The notes under the pieces are model-generated. The model searched no databases and had not been told where the DNA came from. It worked only from the letters and a program-made list of their open reading frames with translations. 54,668 nucleotides of DNA from an uncultured Desulfurococcales archaeon. Lineage in GTDB: Archaea > Thermoproteota > Thermoprotei_A > Sulfolobales > Acidilobaceae. A program made the translations under genes and the position numbers. Location of the stretch: assembly GCA_964425855.1 (NCBI GenBank), contig CAYROE010000002.1:1-54668 (forward strand). The letters are read 5' to 3'. This document shows positions 18,145-28,205 of the stretch, in pieces; the stretch's first letter is position 1; the number at the start of each line of letters is the position of its first letter.

Positions 18145-18215
18145 CGCCGGCCCCGTCTCATCCCTGCATCTTTACTGTGGCAGGTCGAGGTGTCCGGAGT
18201 CATCAGTGCCGGACC
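18130..18215 (-). ncRNA. Candidate box C/D (K-turn) sRNA, 86 nt, overlapping the last 15 nt of pelota on the opposite strand
   Basis: The minus strand reads GGUCCGGC-ACU-GAUGA ... CUGA-GCCGGGCC. That is an 8-bp terminal stem (one G.U), a 3-nt bulge, a perfect UGAUGA C box and a CUGA D box. Internal degenerate D' (UCGA) and C' (GAUGAG) boxes flank a CCUGC/GCAGG hairpin. The locus is GC-rich. Confidence 0.45.
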
Positions 18216-18349
18216 AATATAAATATACGGTAGAGGAGTAACGTTATTAGAATGATTCTTTTCTCGAGGACGGTGTCGCGAAATATTTAAGACTCTGCGT
18301 GTTTTCGGCTTCAATATGAGGTATGGAATTATTGTAGTAGTTGATATAG

Positions 18350-18598
18350 GTGACGAGTATGTCGGAGCAGATAAAGTGTTACATTTTAATAAGCACTGAG
18401 GTCGGTAGGGAATATGAGGTTGCTTCTAGTATAAAGAGGAATTTTGGCGATAAGATAGACGAAGTAGTGATAACTTATGGTCTTTACGATATTGTGGTAA
18501 GACTCGTAAGCCCCAATCTTAGGATGATCGATGAGGTTGTCACAGGAATAAGAGCATTGCCTGGAGTTAAAGAGACTGTTACACTTATCGGAGCCTAG
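18350..18598 (+). CDS. Stand-alone Lrp/AsnC ligand-binding (RAM) domain protein
   Basis: ~80 aa. CYILISTEVGREYEVASSIKR...DIVVRLVSPNLRMIDEVV...IRALPGVKET fits the RAM-domain fold pattern. A GGTGA SD lies 7 nt before ATG 18359. Confidence 0.55.
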   Translation: MTSMSEQIKCYILISTEVGREYEVASSIKRNFGDKIDEVVITYGLYDIVVRLVSPNLRMIDEVVTGIRALPGVKETVTLIGA

Positions 18599-19398
18599 CT
18601 AAGGGCCCCATATATGTTTTTAAGAATATTTTTGTCTGGAGCCGCTATAACTGTCCCAGCTCTATATATCCTGTCTACAGGGGTGTCGATAGGTCTACCT
18701 TCACCGTCTATTAAGTCTCCGCCACACTCTAATACAACGCCTAGTCCAGCTGCAAGATCGACGTTTCTTAGCTTTGACCGGAGGTCGATAAATGCCGTTC
18801 CACGTCCCAGCCCGACATAAGATATTTCTAGTGCTGCGCTGCCGAGACTTCTTATCTTGTAGCCTCTACCGAGTTCGCCGATTATTTTTGCTATGCTATG
18901 AGCTGCATCTGGGTGCTCTATGTAGACATAGATGAATCTTTCGGGAGGCTCCCGTTTTTTCACGGAAGAATGTCCTAGGCGGCAGCCGTGTCCTCGGGCG
19001 AACGATATCGGTTCCCCGTAGAATATAGGCGAGACTGCTCCGGCAACCACGTCTCTAAGCGATTTATTGGAAGGCACAAAGGCTATTGAGACAGAGGCCC
19101 AAGGTATACAGTTTAGATAATTCTTGCTTCCGTCCAAAGGATCAACTATTGCTGTAAGATTGCCTCTTCCAATAACTCCTTTTTCCTCCGTGACAATTCG
19201 AATATCGTTGCCTAGCTCTGTCCTTAGGCCGGAAACGATATAGTCCTCGGCTATAATGTCAATTCTCACTGTTTCGCCGCTTATTTGTTCTCCCAGTTTC
19301 TCGCTTGTGCAGGCGAGATCTCTAAGCATTCCGGAGGCTTCGCCGGATATTTTGACTGCTACTCTTCTTAGATCTTCGTAGTCGAATTCTTGTTGCAA
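18595..19398 (-). CDS. suhB: Inositol monophosphatase / fructose-1,6-bisphosphatase family protein
   Basis: IVDPLDGSKNY metal-binding motif, the upstream EE.. acidic motif (VTEEKG) and a ~267-aa length. Confidence 0.8.
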   Translation of the reverse strand: MQQEFDYEDLRRVAVKISGEASGMLRDLACTSEKLGEQISGETVRIDIIAEDYIVSGLRTELGNDIRIVTEEKGVIGRGNLTAIVDPLDGSKNYLNCIPWASVSIAFVPSNKSLRDVVAGAVSPIFYGEPISFARGHGCRLGHSSVKKREPPERFIYVYIEHPDAAHSIAKIIGELGRGYKIRSLGSAALEISYVGLGRGTAFIDLRSKLRNVDLAAGLGVVLECGGDLIDGEGRPIDTPVDRIYRAGTVIAAPDKNILKNIYGALS

Positions 19399-19485
19399 GC
19401 TCGGATCCTTGTAGTCTACTGCGGAAAAACAGGAATTTATTCGCTCTCATTCAGTTATGAGGGGTGAGATAGTAGTCGAGGAATT

Positions 19486-19911
19486 CTAGTATGTCTCGAA
19501 ACGCCGGTATTTCACTATATTAGTGATATCTAGTTTTTCTAGTTCTTTTGCAACTTCATCGGCGTTTTTGGATGCTTTAGAGAAGTCTACGATGAGAGTG
19601 CATCCAGCTGTTTCTCCCCGCATTATGCTGGCGCATTTCGATGCAATGATATCAGCTTTATTCGAGGCAAATAAGTTCGCGATTTTCGCCAATGCTCCGG
19701 GCTCATCTCTAAACTCTAACTCGAACTCGTATACATGCTGCGAACTCGTAGCGACCGGCGAAACAAGTATTTCTCCTCTATCGATGTCTGCAAGGAGTAC
19801 AACGTACATGCCTGTTTCAAGTCCTAGTGCTTCTCGGATAGGTTGGGGTATAGTTATTCGACCCTTACTGTCTATTTTTACAAGTGCGCTTATTCTAGGC
19901 ATATCATTCAC
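19486..19911 (-). CDS. AbrB/SpoVT-domain plus ACT-domain regulator
   Basis: N-terminal KIDSKGRITIPQPIREALGL is the AbrB swapped-hairpin signature. The C-terminal half (FELEFRDEPGALAKIANLFA) looks like an ACT domain. Confidence 0.6.
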   Translation of the reverse strand: MNDMPRISALVKIDSKGRITIPQPIREALGLETGMYVVLLADIDRGEILVSPVATSSQHVYEFELEFRDEPGALAKIANLFASNKADIIASKCASIMRGETAGCTLIVDFSKASKNADEVAKELEKLDITNIVKYRRFETY

Positions 19912-20056
19912 CGATATACTACGAGGTATTTCCCCTTTATTTAATTAATTCAATTGTGTGCTTATAGTCGAATAGTTGAACAATGGAGGTAAGCCATTAA
20001 TCTCTTAGCGATCCAACCATATGACGCGGACACAGTAAGTGGTGCGGGTGTAGGAC

Positions 20057-20302
20057 ATGAAAAAATTATATCGTATATACTATAATACATTCAAAGAAGA
20101 TCTCCACGAAAAAGTAAAAAAACTACTTGAGGAAAGATATAATGCAAAGATAGTCGAGCATAAGTCGATGCTTCATCCCGATTTTAGATATCTTGAATTA
20201 TATGTGGGTACACCTGGCCTCGAAGAGGAAATATCTAACTTGATAAAAACAGTTCTAGGAAGTATACATGTGAAGGTAGACTGGATAGATACAAGCAAGT
20301 AG
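20057..20302 (+). CDS. Hypothetical protein
   Basis: 81-aa ORF immediately upstream of ileS. No motif recognised. Confidence 0.4.
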   Translation: MKKLYRIYYNTFKEDLHEKVKKLLEERYNAKIVEHKSMLHPDFRYLELYVGTPGLEEEISNLIKTVLGSIHVKVDWIDTSK

Positions 20303-20311
20303 CAGGGCGGG

Positions 20312-23300
20312 GTGGGACTAATGGTATCGATACAGAACAATCTTGAGAAGATAAACTACGATCAGTTCAAGTTGGAAGAAGAGATAAAAAAGTTCTGGAA
20401 TGAGAACAAGATATATTATAAGGTAAAGGAGAAGTCGATGAGATCAAAGAAAAAATTCTACTTCCTGGACGGTCCACCCTATGCGTCTGCTAAATCAATA
20501 CACGTAGGCACGGCTTGGAACAAGGTAATCAAGGACACTGTACTAAGGTACTATAGGATGCGTGGTTATAATGTATGGGATATACCAGGATATGATACTC
20601 ATGGTCTCCCAATAGAGGTCAAAATAGAAAAGGAGTACGGGATAAAGAGCAAGAAAGAGATAATCGAGAAAATAGGAGTAGAGAACTTTGTTGAAAGCTG
20701 TAAACGATTCGTTGACGAGAACATCAAGGCTATGACCGAGCAGTTTAAGGAGATAGGAGTATTCATGGATTGGGAGAATCCCTATGTAACCTATAGAGAT
20801 GAGTACATTGAGTCCGGATGGTGGTTGATAAAACAGGCATGGAGGAAAGGCCTACTTTACAGGGGCGAGAGAGTAGTACATTGGTGCCCGAGATGTGAGA
20901 CGACGCTTGCAGACTATGAAGTAAGCGAGTACAAGGAATTAAGGGATCCAAGCATATATGTCAAGTTTAAGGTCAAGAACTCGCAGAACGAATATCTGCT
21001 TATATGGACCACGACTCCTTGGACTCTCCCAGCTAACGCATTCGTTATGGCTCATCCAGACCTCGACTATGTGAAAGTCAAGGTGGATGGAGAAATACTG
21101 ATATTGGCGAAGGCAAGACTCGAAAAAGTAATGAGCGAAGTGGGTAAAACCAAGTACGAGGTTCTAGAAGAGTTCAAGGGCACACAGCTAGAAGGCCTCG
21201 AATATACACATCCTCTAGAGGACCTGGTTCCTGCACAAGCAAAGCTCGCCCCATACCATAAGGTTGTGCTCGCTCCTGATGCAGTTACGGCAACTGAGGG
21301 AACAGGCCTCGTGCATTCAGCTCCCGGACATGGAGAAATAGACTACGAAATAAACGAGAAAAAAGTAGGGGCCCCACTAATATCGCTTGTAGATAACACA
21401 GGGAAGATGACCGAGGAGGCAGGGAGATATCATGGCCTATACTTTAGAACCGATGCAAATAAGGCAGTAATAGAGGATCTAGAAAAGAGGGGTGCATTAT
21501 TCCACAAGGGAAGCATAACCCACAGATACCCAGTTTGTTGGCGGTGTAAGACTCCTCTTGTACTAAGAGCCACGGAACAATGGTTCATAGCGGTTAGAAA
21601 GCTGAAAGAACGCCTGATAGAAGAAGCTAGATCAATAGAATGGAGGCCGAACTGGGCAACTACACGATTCATAAACCTATTGAAGGAAGTACGGGACTGG
21701 GTAATAAGCAGGCAGAGGTTCTGGGGCATTCCATTACCAGTATGGGAGTGCAGTAGCTGTGGATACAGACATGTCATCGGCTCAGTAGACGAGCTAGTCG
21801 AGCTAGGAGGCCACAAACCAGAGCAATTACATAGGCCGTGGATTGACAGGGTAACATTGAAATGTCCTAAATGCGGCGGCGCCATGAAGAGGGTACCCGA
21901 TGTTTTGGATGTATGGTTCGATAGCGGTATAGCATTCTATGCAAGCCTCAGCTATCCAAGAAACAAAGAGCTCTACGAATCCCTAAAACCAGTAGACTTC
22001 ATAGTTGAAGGCCATGACCAGATAAGAGGATGGTTCTTCAGCCTGCTTAGAAGCGGAATAATAGGCTTTGACGAGAAACCGTACAAGAGAGTCCTTGTAC
22101 ATGGTTTCGCACTTGATGAGAAAGGTAGAGAAATGCACAAGAGCCTAGGCAACTATATAGAGTTCAAAGAACTAATATCAAAGATCCCCAGAGACGTGAT
22201 AAGACTATGGGCAATGAACAACACCATTTGGGAAGATCTTAGATTTTCGTGGAAGAGTATGGATATGGTCTGGAGATCGTTTAACATAATATGGAACGTG
22301 TTCACGTTCGCATCGACATACATGAGCATAGATAACTTCGATCCGGAACAAACCAATCTAGAAGACGTGGAAGACGCCTTACAATTCGAGGATAAATGGC
22401 TCCTATCGAGATTCAATAGACTCTTAAAAGAGTACCACGAAGCGATGAGGGATCTACGGCTCCACGAAGCCGCAAGAATAGTAAAAGACTTTCCGGTAGA
22501 AGACATAAGCCACTGGTACATTAGGCTCATAAGAAGACGCGTATGGGAAGAGGAAACGACGAAGGGTAAGCTTGCAGCATACACTGTACTCTACCATGTA
22601 CTAAAGGGATGGCTCCTAATGGCTTCACCATTCATACCATATACTACAGAATACTTGTACCAGAAACTAATAAGACCAGCAGAACCCAGCCTACCGGAGA
22701 CAATACATCTTCTAGAGATACCGGAGCCAGACAATAAGTGGATAGATGATGAAGTAGAACAACTAATGGATATAGCAAGAAAATTAACAGAAGCATCTGC
22801 AGCAGCGAGAATGAAGGCAGGAATAAAACTTCGCCGTCCGGTGAAGAAATTAATCATAGCCGTAAAGGATAATTCCCTAAAGAATACGATTGAAAGAGCT
22901 GCTCAGATAATCAAGGATCTAGCAAATGTCAAGGAAATAGAGATTGTTGGAATCGATTACTTCGAGAGCATGAAAGTATACGGTGTAGAGCCAAACTATA
23001 AGACCATGGGTCCGGAATTCAAGAAGATGCTACGGAAAGTACTTGTATATATAGAGGAGAACAAAGAGAGAGTGGCAAAAGATATCGTGGAACACGGAGA
23101 GCATAAAACAGAGATAGAAGGTGTAGCTATAAAAATACTTCCAAAACATGTAGAGTTAAAAGTCGAGTATCCGAGCTGGCTGAGCACTGTTGAGGCCGAT
23201 ATAGGGATAATTGGAATAGACACTAGACTTACAAAAGAAGAAATACTAGAAGGATACGCGAGGGAGATTGTTAGGAGAATACAAGCGATGAGAAAAGACC

Positions 23301-23503
23301 TGTCACTGCCAGTAGACGCATATATTGAAGTATGGTTAGAGGCGGATCCCGAGTTTATCGAGGCCGTAGAGAAACACAGGGACTATATAACGGCCGAGAC
23401 CAGAGCTAGAAATCTACAATTAAATAAGCCACCCAAAGAAGTCTACCAGAAAGAATGGGAGGTGGACGGGAAACGGCTACTGATCGGAATAAAGAAGATC
23501 TAA
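20312..23503 (+). CDS. ileS: Isoleucyl-tRNA synthetase
   Basis: [25 protein letters not shown] (HIGH region), [19 protein letters not shown]-equivalent EMHKSLGN, Zn-binding CSSCG/CPKCG, and a ~1060-aa archaeal length. Confidence 0.92.
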   Translation: MGLMVSIQNNLEKINYDQFKLEEEIKKFWNENKIYYKVKEKSMRSKKKFYFLDGPPYASAKSIHVGTAWNKVIKDTVLRYYRMRGYNVWDIPGYDTHGLPIEVKIEKEYGIKSKKEIIEKIGVENFVESCKRFVDENIKAMTEQFKEIGVFMDWENPYVTYRDEYIESGWWLIKQAWRKGLLYRGERVVHWCPRCETTLADYEVSEYKELRDPSIYVKFKVKNSQNEYLLIWTTTPWTLPANAFVMAHPDLDYVKVKVDGEILILAKARLEKVMSEVGKTKYEVLEEFKGTQLEGLEYTHPLEDLVPAQAKLAPYHKVVLAPDAVTATEGTGLVHSAPGHGEIDYEINEKKVGAPLISLVDNTGKMTEEAGRYHGLYFRTDANKAVIEDLEKRGALFHKGSITHRYPVCWRCKTPLVLRATEQWFIAVRKLKERLIEEARSIEWRPNWATTRFINLLKEVRDWVISRQRFWGIPLPVWECSSCGYRHVIGSVDELVELGGHKPEQLHRPWIDRVTLKCPKCGGAMKRVPDVLDVWFDSGIAFYASLSYPRNKELYESLKPVDFIVEGHDQIRGWFFSLLRSGIIGFDEKPYKRVLVHGFALDEKGREMHKSLGNYIEFKELISKIPRDVIRLWAMNNTIWEDLRFSWKSMDMVWRSFNIIWNVFTFASTYMSIDNFDPEQTNLEDVEDALQFEDKWLLSRFNRLLKEYHEAMRDLRLHEAARIVKDFPVEDISHWYIRLIRRRVWEEETTKGKLAAYTVLYHVLKGWLLMASPFIPYTTEYLYQKLIRPAEPSLPETIHLLEIPEPDNKWIDDEVEQLMDIARKLTEASAAARMKAGIKLRRPVKKLIIAVKDNSLKNTIERAAQIIKDLANVKEIEIVGIDYFESMKVYGVEPNYKTMGPEFKKMLRKVLVYIEENKERVAKDIVEHGEHKTEIEGVAIKILPKHVELKVEYPSWLSTVEADIGIIGIDTRLTKEEILEGYAREIVRRIQAMRKDLSLPVDAYIEVWLEADPEFIEAVEKHRDYITAETRARNLQLNKPPKEVYQKEWEVDGKRLLIGIKKI

Positions 23504-24144
23504 TAACAATATTTCCCAGCGAAATTCATACATTCGCCTACTGTCCAAGAAAATACTTCTTCTCGATTCATATACCTTACAAGCAACCTCTATCTGCTAG
23601 AGTAAGAATGTTCATGGGAACGATTTTTCACTTAATAAAAGGGTTCTTCAGCAAAAGAAGAGGATACAGTGTAGAGGAAAAAATAGAATATAAGGTAGGT
23701 AACGTCAAGCTTAGAGGAAGGCCAGATGCATACCGGATTACTGACAATTTAATTGAGATAATAGAGAGAAAATCAGGCAAAGGGCCAAGGAAAGGGGTAT
23801 GGCTGAGTGATTCGCTTCAAGCAACGGCTTACGGACTAATGCTACGTAGGAATAATGAAAGAGTAGTTCTCAGGATAGAATACCGGACTGCGAAAAGAAT
23901 ATCAGAACTGGATAGCGAGAAAATAGGACTCCTGCTTAGGGTCATAGACGATATTGTCCTCGTTAAGAAGTATGGGATAGTTCCATACGGCGACAGGAGA
24001 CCGGCAAAGTGTAGTAAGTGTCCCTTCAAGGAGCTATGTGAAGCACTAGAACGCTTTGAACAAGATATAGGTATAGAGGACATGTATCAACCTGGAGAAT
24101 ACATCAAGGAGAAGAGAATAGATCTGAGCTTCGCATATGGGTAG
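23455..24144 (+). CDS. Cas4-like PD-(D/E)xK nuclease (DUF83/RecB family) with a four-Cys cluster; solo, no CRISPR context
   Basis: YCPRKYF (N-terminal Cys), GRPDAY (motif II), IIERKSGK (ExK), LQATAYGL (QxxxY) and a C-terminal [10 protein letters not shown]. The ATG lies 49 nt inside the ileS 3' end. Confidence 0.75.
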   Translation: MGGGRETATDRNKEDLITIFPSEIHTFAYCPRKYFFSIHIPYKQPLSARVRMFMGTIFHLIKGFFSKRRGYSVEEKIEYKVGNVKLRGRPDAYRITDNLIEIIERKSGKGPRKGVWLSDSLQATAYGLMLRRNNERVVLRIEYRTAKRISELDSEKIGLLLRVIDDIVLVKKYGIVPYGDRRPAKCSKCPFKELCEALERFEQDIGIEDMYQPGEYIKEKRIDLSFAYG

Positions 24145-24189
24145 GAACCACAACCAAATAACCCTTCGCCGTCAAGATCAATCCTAACG

Positions 24190-25179
24190 GTGAGACAATA
24201 CCACAAATCGGAGGAAAGCACAATGAGCGTTACTGGCACAGATAATATCGCTCAAAAAGTACGAGAAATATACGAAGAAGTAATCAGATCAGATCTCGAA
24301 AACCCTATACGAAACATTGATGTTGCCCAGAGAATACTCGAGAAAAAATACGGTCTCATCGTAGACAAGAAATTGATCTCCCTCACCTTTGCAGCATTCA
24401 TGAACGGAAGGCCGGTACTCTTCGAGGGACCTCCAGGCACCGGGAAAACAGAGATAGGAGAGGCACTACTCGAGCTATGGAGTGGAAAGAGACCGTTCGT
24501 TCTACCGTGTAGCGAGAACTATGACGAATACAAAGTAATAGGTGACTTCCATCCGCTACTTGCAATGAAGGTAGGATTTAGCGAGGAGAGCTTTATACCT
24601 AGGCCTATACTTGCCTCGATAATACTAGACACAGGGATCCTTATAGACGAAATCAGAAGAAGCAGCGAAGAATTTCAAAACCTGCTTTTAGACATATCTG
24701 ATAAACGACGTGTAATAGTGCCAGAACTAAAAAGAGTATTTAAAGCATGGGGAGACGGGTTCCAGATAATATTCACTAGCAATCCCGAGGATATAGCACA
24801 AAATGAATTAAGCGACGCGTTTCTCCGAAGAGTAGTCAGAATAGAATTCAATTACCCCCCGAAATATATAGAATCCAGAATTATTGATCTCAGATCGAGA
24901 AAAGACGTCACTATTCCGGGTTACATCAAGGATATAATGATGAATGTGATAGAGTCTTTAAGAAATTCAAAGCTCACGTATAAGCCAGGTACAGCGGAGT
25001 TCGTTATGTGGGCAAGAATGTCGCAAGCAGTAGCAAAACTTAAAGGAAAACAAGTAGTGGACATCGATGACATTATCTACGCGGCGAAAACAATCCTCGT
25101 AAAACGTCCAGAGGATAGAACCATTATCTTAGAGGTACTTCGGTCGGTGACGGGCATTGACGACGCGATACTCTCTTAA
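24190..25179 (+). CDS. MoxR-like AAA+ ATPase (CoxD/RavA class)
   Basis: Walker A LFEGPPGTGKTE and Walker B plus downstream LIDEIRRSSEEFQNLLLDISDKRRV. The probable start is ATG 24223, preceded by GGAGG at 24210-24214. Confidence 0.8.
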   Translation: MRQYHKSEESTMSVTGTDNIAQKVREIYEEVIRSDLENPIRNIDVAQRILEKKYGLIVDKKLISLTFAAFMNGRPVLFEGPPGTGKTEIGEALLELWSGKRPFVLPCSENYDEYKVIGDFHPLLAMKVGFSEESFIPRPILASIILDTGILIDEIRRSSEEFQNLLLDISDKRRVIVPELKRVFKAWGDGFQIIFTSNPEDIAQNELSDAFLRRVVRIEFNYPPKYIESRIIDLRSRKDVTIPGYIKDIMMNVIESLRNSKLTYKPGTAEFVMWARMSQAVAKLKGKQVVDIDDIIYAAKTILVKRPEDRTIILEVLRSVTGIDDAILS

Positions 25180-27160
25180 AGAGCTAAAGACCATACTATT
25201 AGCACTGGCAGACGAGTTTAGAAGAGAAGGCGAACGAATAGGCACAGGAGAAGTACTTGTTTCATACTCATTATCAAAGAACTATATGGGGTTATTGGGC
25301 AAGGATCAGCTTGATGTCGATGAACTAGTGTTAATTATCAAGTCGTCTTGGACAACGCTGAAAAAAGATGAAAATTATATCCGTGAGAGGATTCTGAGCA
25401 TTACTCTAAACGATAGATTTGAAGAGAGAGTAAAGAAAATACACCAAGAGATCGTGAAAGAGCTAGAAGTCCTGGGAGCGAGGCCCGGAATGTATGTATC
25501 AATTAAAAGATTAACTAGACATGCAAAGAGAAAAGAGCGCGTAAAGATAAAATCAGCTTACACGAAGTTGAAGAGAATAGGAGCTATCAAGGGTCCTCAA
25601 GGACACGAAAAAATAGCCGATAACAGGGCATTATGGAATATAGCATATAAATTAGCTAGGGAAGGATACAATGATTTACTTCACGCCGCCAAGTCGATGA
25701 AAACAAGACTAACAAGAGACGAAATATACCTACAGATAGAGTCAAAGATGGGTTTCGACGACGAGTATTTGACTAACCTATCAGAGTCAGCACTTCTGAA
25801 AATAGGAGAAGCAGCCATAAAGAAACACGATATATCTACTGTAAAGAAAATAGCTAGGACAGTGAAAACCCGTATACTCGAAGGACGGCCTGTGAGAGAT
25901 CCCGAACGGATACTCTCGTTTTTACAAAGATCAAAAGAACTAACTCCGGAAATAGTCCAAGAACTGGTAATGAGAGGAAACTATGTAGATAACATATCTA
26001 TCGAAATTCTATCTACAGCACTGGAATCGATGGATGAAGAGAAAGGCGCATCTCTTCTAGCGTCCTACCTTAAAGACTTAAAAGATACCGATATCGAGGC
26101 CCTCCTAGGCAAGATCGATCCTGAGCTACTCTGGAGATCGAAACCTCCAGCCAGTATAAAAGGAGATAAAAAGACGATTTTCCAAGCAGCAATATATGCG
26201 GCAAAAGCACTAAGAGAAGCAAAGACCTATGCTTTATCTCTAGATCCTGCCCGTGCAGACATGTCGGGTTATTACATTAGCAAAACTAAGAAATTGTTAA
26301 AGAATATCGGGGATAGTATACGGTTAGGAACATTAAATAAAGAAAAAGTAGAGGAATTGCTGGAATCGGCAGAGCTCATAATAGATCATACAGAGTCTCT
26401 GGCCAGCGGTATTCCAGTTGCGATGGACGAGCTTGAACCCATACTTTTAAGAATGGAGTACTTGGAGGCTGTAGAAATCCTCAGAAGACTCTATAAAAGT
26501 TCCACTGAGGAGGGAAGAGATAGAATTGTTATGAGCTTGTCTCGCATGCTTACAAGGCTTGCCTCGAGGAATGGGCTCTCAATAGTGTCGAGAAAATATA
26601 AGAATAATCATGGTGCTAGGCTCGATCTCAGGACATCACTATATAATGTAATAAGAATGTCTCCCCGACCATTAGTATTCTGGACAAAGCTTAAGACGAA
26701 AGAGTTCTCTCTAGCGATCGACACTAGCTCAAGTATGAAGCCCTATGCATCTTGGACAATACTTGTAGCTTCATTGTTCTCTAAACATATACGTAAAATT
26801 GTAACTTTCTCACATGAATATACTATATATAATGGTCCTTTTAGTAGGAGAAGTCTAGCAGATATATTATTAAGCATGGAGTTCTACGGCAGAACAAATA
26901 TATCGAGTGCTATAAAAGCCGTCTCGGAGTCAACACGCAGGATCATAGTTGTTACAGATCTGGAACAAACAGTAGACGACGAACCGCCTTGGATGGTTGT
27001 TAGAGACCTAGTTCAACGAGGTAGAGTGATTGTCTTCATTGTACCCGAGAAACACGATCTGGATATGAGGAAGAGAATTGTCGGGGAAGGCGGGCGAGTT
27101 ATTGTGGCTAGGACGCCTAGACAGGCTGCTAAAAGAATACTTACACTCATATCTAGGTGA
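25157..27160 (+). CDS. VWA-domain protein (CoxE/ViaA-like partner of MoxR) with a ~500-aa helical N-terminal extension
   Basis: The C-terminal VWA domain has a full MIDAS (LAIDTSSSM, YGRTN, IIVVTDLE). The N-terminal LADEFRREGERIGTGEVL resembles CoxE-type starts. It overlaps the AAA+ stop by 23 nt. Confidence 0.7.
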   Translation: MTTRYSLKELKTILLALADEFRREGERIGTGEVLVSYSLSKNYMGLLGKDQLDVDELVLIIKSSWTTLKKDENYIRERILSITLNDRFEERVKKIHQEIVKELEVLGARPGMYVSIKRLTRHAKRKERVKIKSAYTKLKRIGAIKGPQGHEKIADNRALWNIAYKLAREGYNDLLHAAKSMKTRLTRDEIYLQIESKMGFDDEYLTNLSESALLKIGEAAIKKHDISTVKKIARTVKTRILEGRPVRDPERILSFLQRSKELTPEIVQELVMRGNYVDNISIEILSTALESMDEEKGASLLASYLKDLKDTDIEALLGKIDPELLWRSKPPASIKGDKKTIFQAAIYAAKALREAKTYALSLDPARADMSGYYISKTKKLLKNIGDSIRLGTLNKEKVEELLESAELIIDHTESLASGIPVAMDELEPILLRMEYLEAVEILRRLYKSSTEEGRDRIVMSLSRMLTRLASRNGLSIVSRKYKNNHGARLDLRTSLYNVIRMSPRPLVFWTKLKTKEFSLAIDTSSSMKPYASWTILVASLFSKHIRKIVTFSHEYTIYNGPFSRRSLADILLSMEFYGRTNISSAIKAVSESTRRIIVVTDLEQTVDDEPPWMVVRDLVQRGRVIVFIVPEKHDLDMRKRIVGEGGRVIVARTPRQAAKRILTLISR

Positions 27161-27190
27161 TAAGGGTATTATAGTGCCGGCTCTAGAGTC

Positions 27191-27240
27191 TTTATATATC
27201 AGGAGACCTAGAATTCCCTGCGGAACGTATTAAAGGAGCT
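27191..27240 (+). promoter_or_regulatory. Candidate promoter region of the ribosomal-protein cluster (TATA-like TTTATATA 27191-27198 and TATTAAAG 27228-27235)
   Basis: AT-rich TATA-like octamers in the 112-nt gap upstream of uS19. Position is the only evidence. Confidence 0.3.
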
Positions 27241-27272
27241 AACTACTCCGTCTCGATGAGGGGAGAAAAGAA

Positions 27273-27710
27273 GTGGCAGATATGGAGATTCCGCCAGAAT
27301 GGAGAAAGTTCAGGTATAGGGGAAAGAGCCTAGAAGAACTACTTGAGATGCCTCTAGACGAATTTGTGAAACTGCTTCCATCGAGGCAACGTAGGAGCCT
27401 GCTAAGAGGATTCACTCCTGCTCAGAAGAAGCTTCTACTAAAAATAAGAAAAGTAAAGAAGAAAGGGAAAGCAGGCAAAGGTAAACGTGGCCCAGTTATC
27501 AAGACCCATGTTAGGGATCTTGTTATTCTACCTGAAATGATAGGTTTAACTATCGCGGTATATAATGGGAAAGAATTCGTCCCCGTAAGAATAGTCCCAG
27601 AAATGATAGGACATTACCTAGGCGAGTTCAGCCACACAACGAAGATCGTCACTCACGGAGAGCCCGGTCTCAAGGCAACAAGAAGCAGCCTCCACGTAGC
27701 ATCGAAGTAA
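27273..27710 (+). CDS. rps19p: Ribosomal protein uS19
   Basis: [34 protein letters not shown] is the conserved uS19 core. Confidence 0.93.
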   Translation: MADMEIPPEWRKFRYRGKSLEELLEMPLDEFVKLLPSRQRRSLLRGFTPAQKKLLLKIRKVKKKGKAGKGKRGPVIKTHVRDLVILPEMIGLTIAVYNGKEFVPVRIVPEMIGHYLGEFSHTTKIVTHGEPGLKATRSSLHVASK

Positions 27711-27724
27711 TGAGGTGAAAGATC

Positions 27725-28198
27725 ATGCCAGTATGGAAGTATAGTTTCAAGTTCAGGGATGAATCAAAGATCGCAAAAGCCATGCTCTGGGATGTGCCTG
27801 TTCATCCCAAGGTGATGAGAGAAGTAGCAGAAGCGATAAGAGGCATGAAGCTTAAAGACGCAGAGAAATTCCTAGAGAGAGTTATAGAGAAAAAAGAAGC
27901 TGTGCCTTTCAGACATGCCCACAGAAAACAGGCTCACAGGAGAGGTCTAGCCGCAAAATGGGGCTGGCCCGCCGGAAGATACCCTGTTAAGGCCGCCAAG
28001 TACATGTTGAGGCTATTAAAGAACGTTGAGAACAACGCTGAAGTAAAGGATCTGGACCCTGAGAGGCTCAAGATTATTGCAATAGCCGTACATAAAGGGA
28101 TAGTGCTTAAGAGGTGGATGCCCCGGGCTAGGGGCAGGGCAACTCCAAAGAACAAGACTCATAGCCATGTCGAGATAGCTGTCATGGAGGTGGGGTGA
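27725..28198 (+). CDS. rpl22p: Ribosomal protein uL22
   Basis: VHPKVMREVAEAIRGMKLKDAEKFLERV...VPFRHAH pattern, in the position after uS19. Confidence 0.92.
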   Translation: MPVWKYSFKFRDESKIAKAMLWDVPVHPKVMREVAEAIRGMKLKDAEKFLERVIEKKEAVPFRHAHRKQAHRRGLAAKWGWPAGRYPVKAAKYMLRLLKNVENNAEVKDLDPERLKIIAIAVHKGIVLKRWMPRARGRATPKNKTHSHVEIAVMEVG

Positions 28199-28205
28199 TC
28201 GAGAC

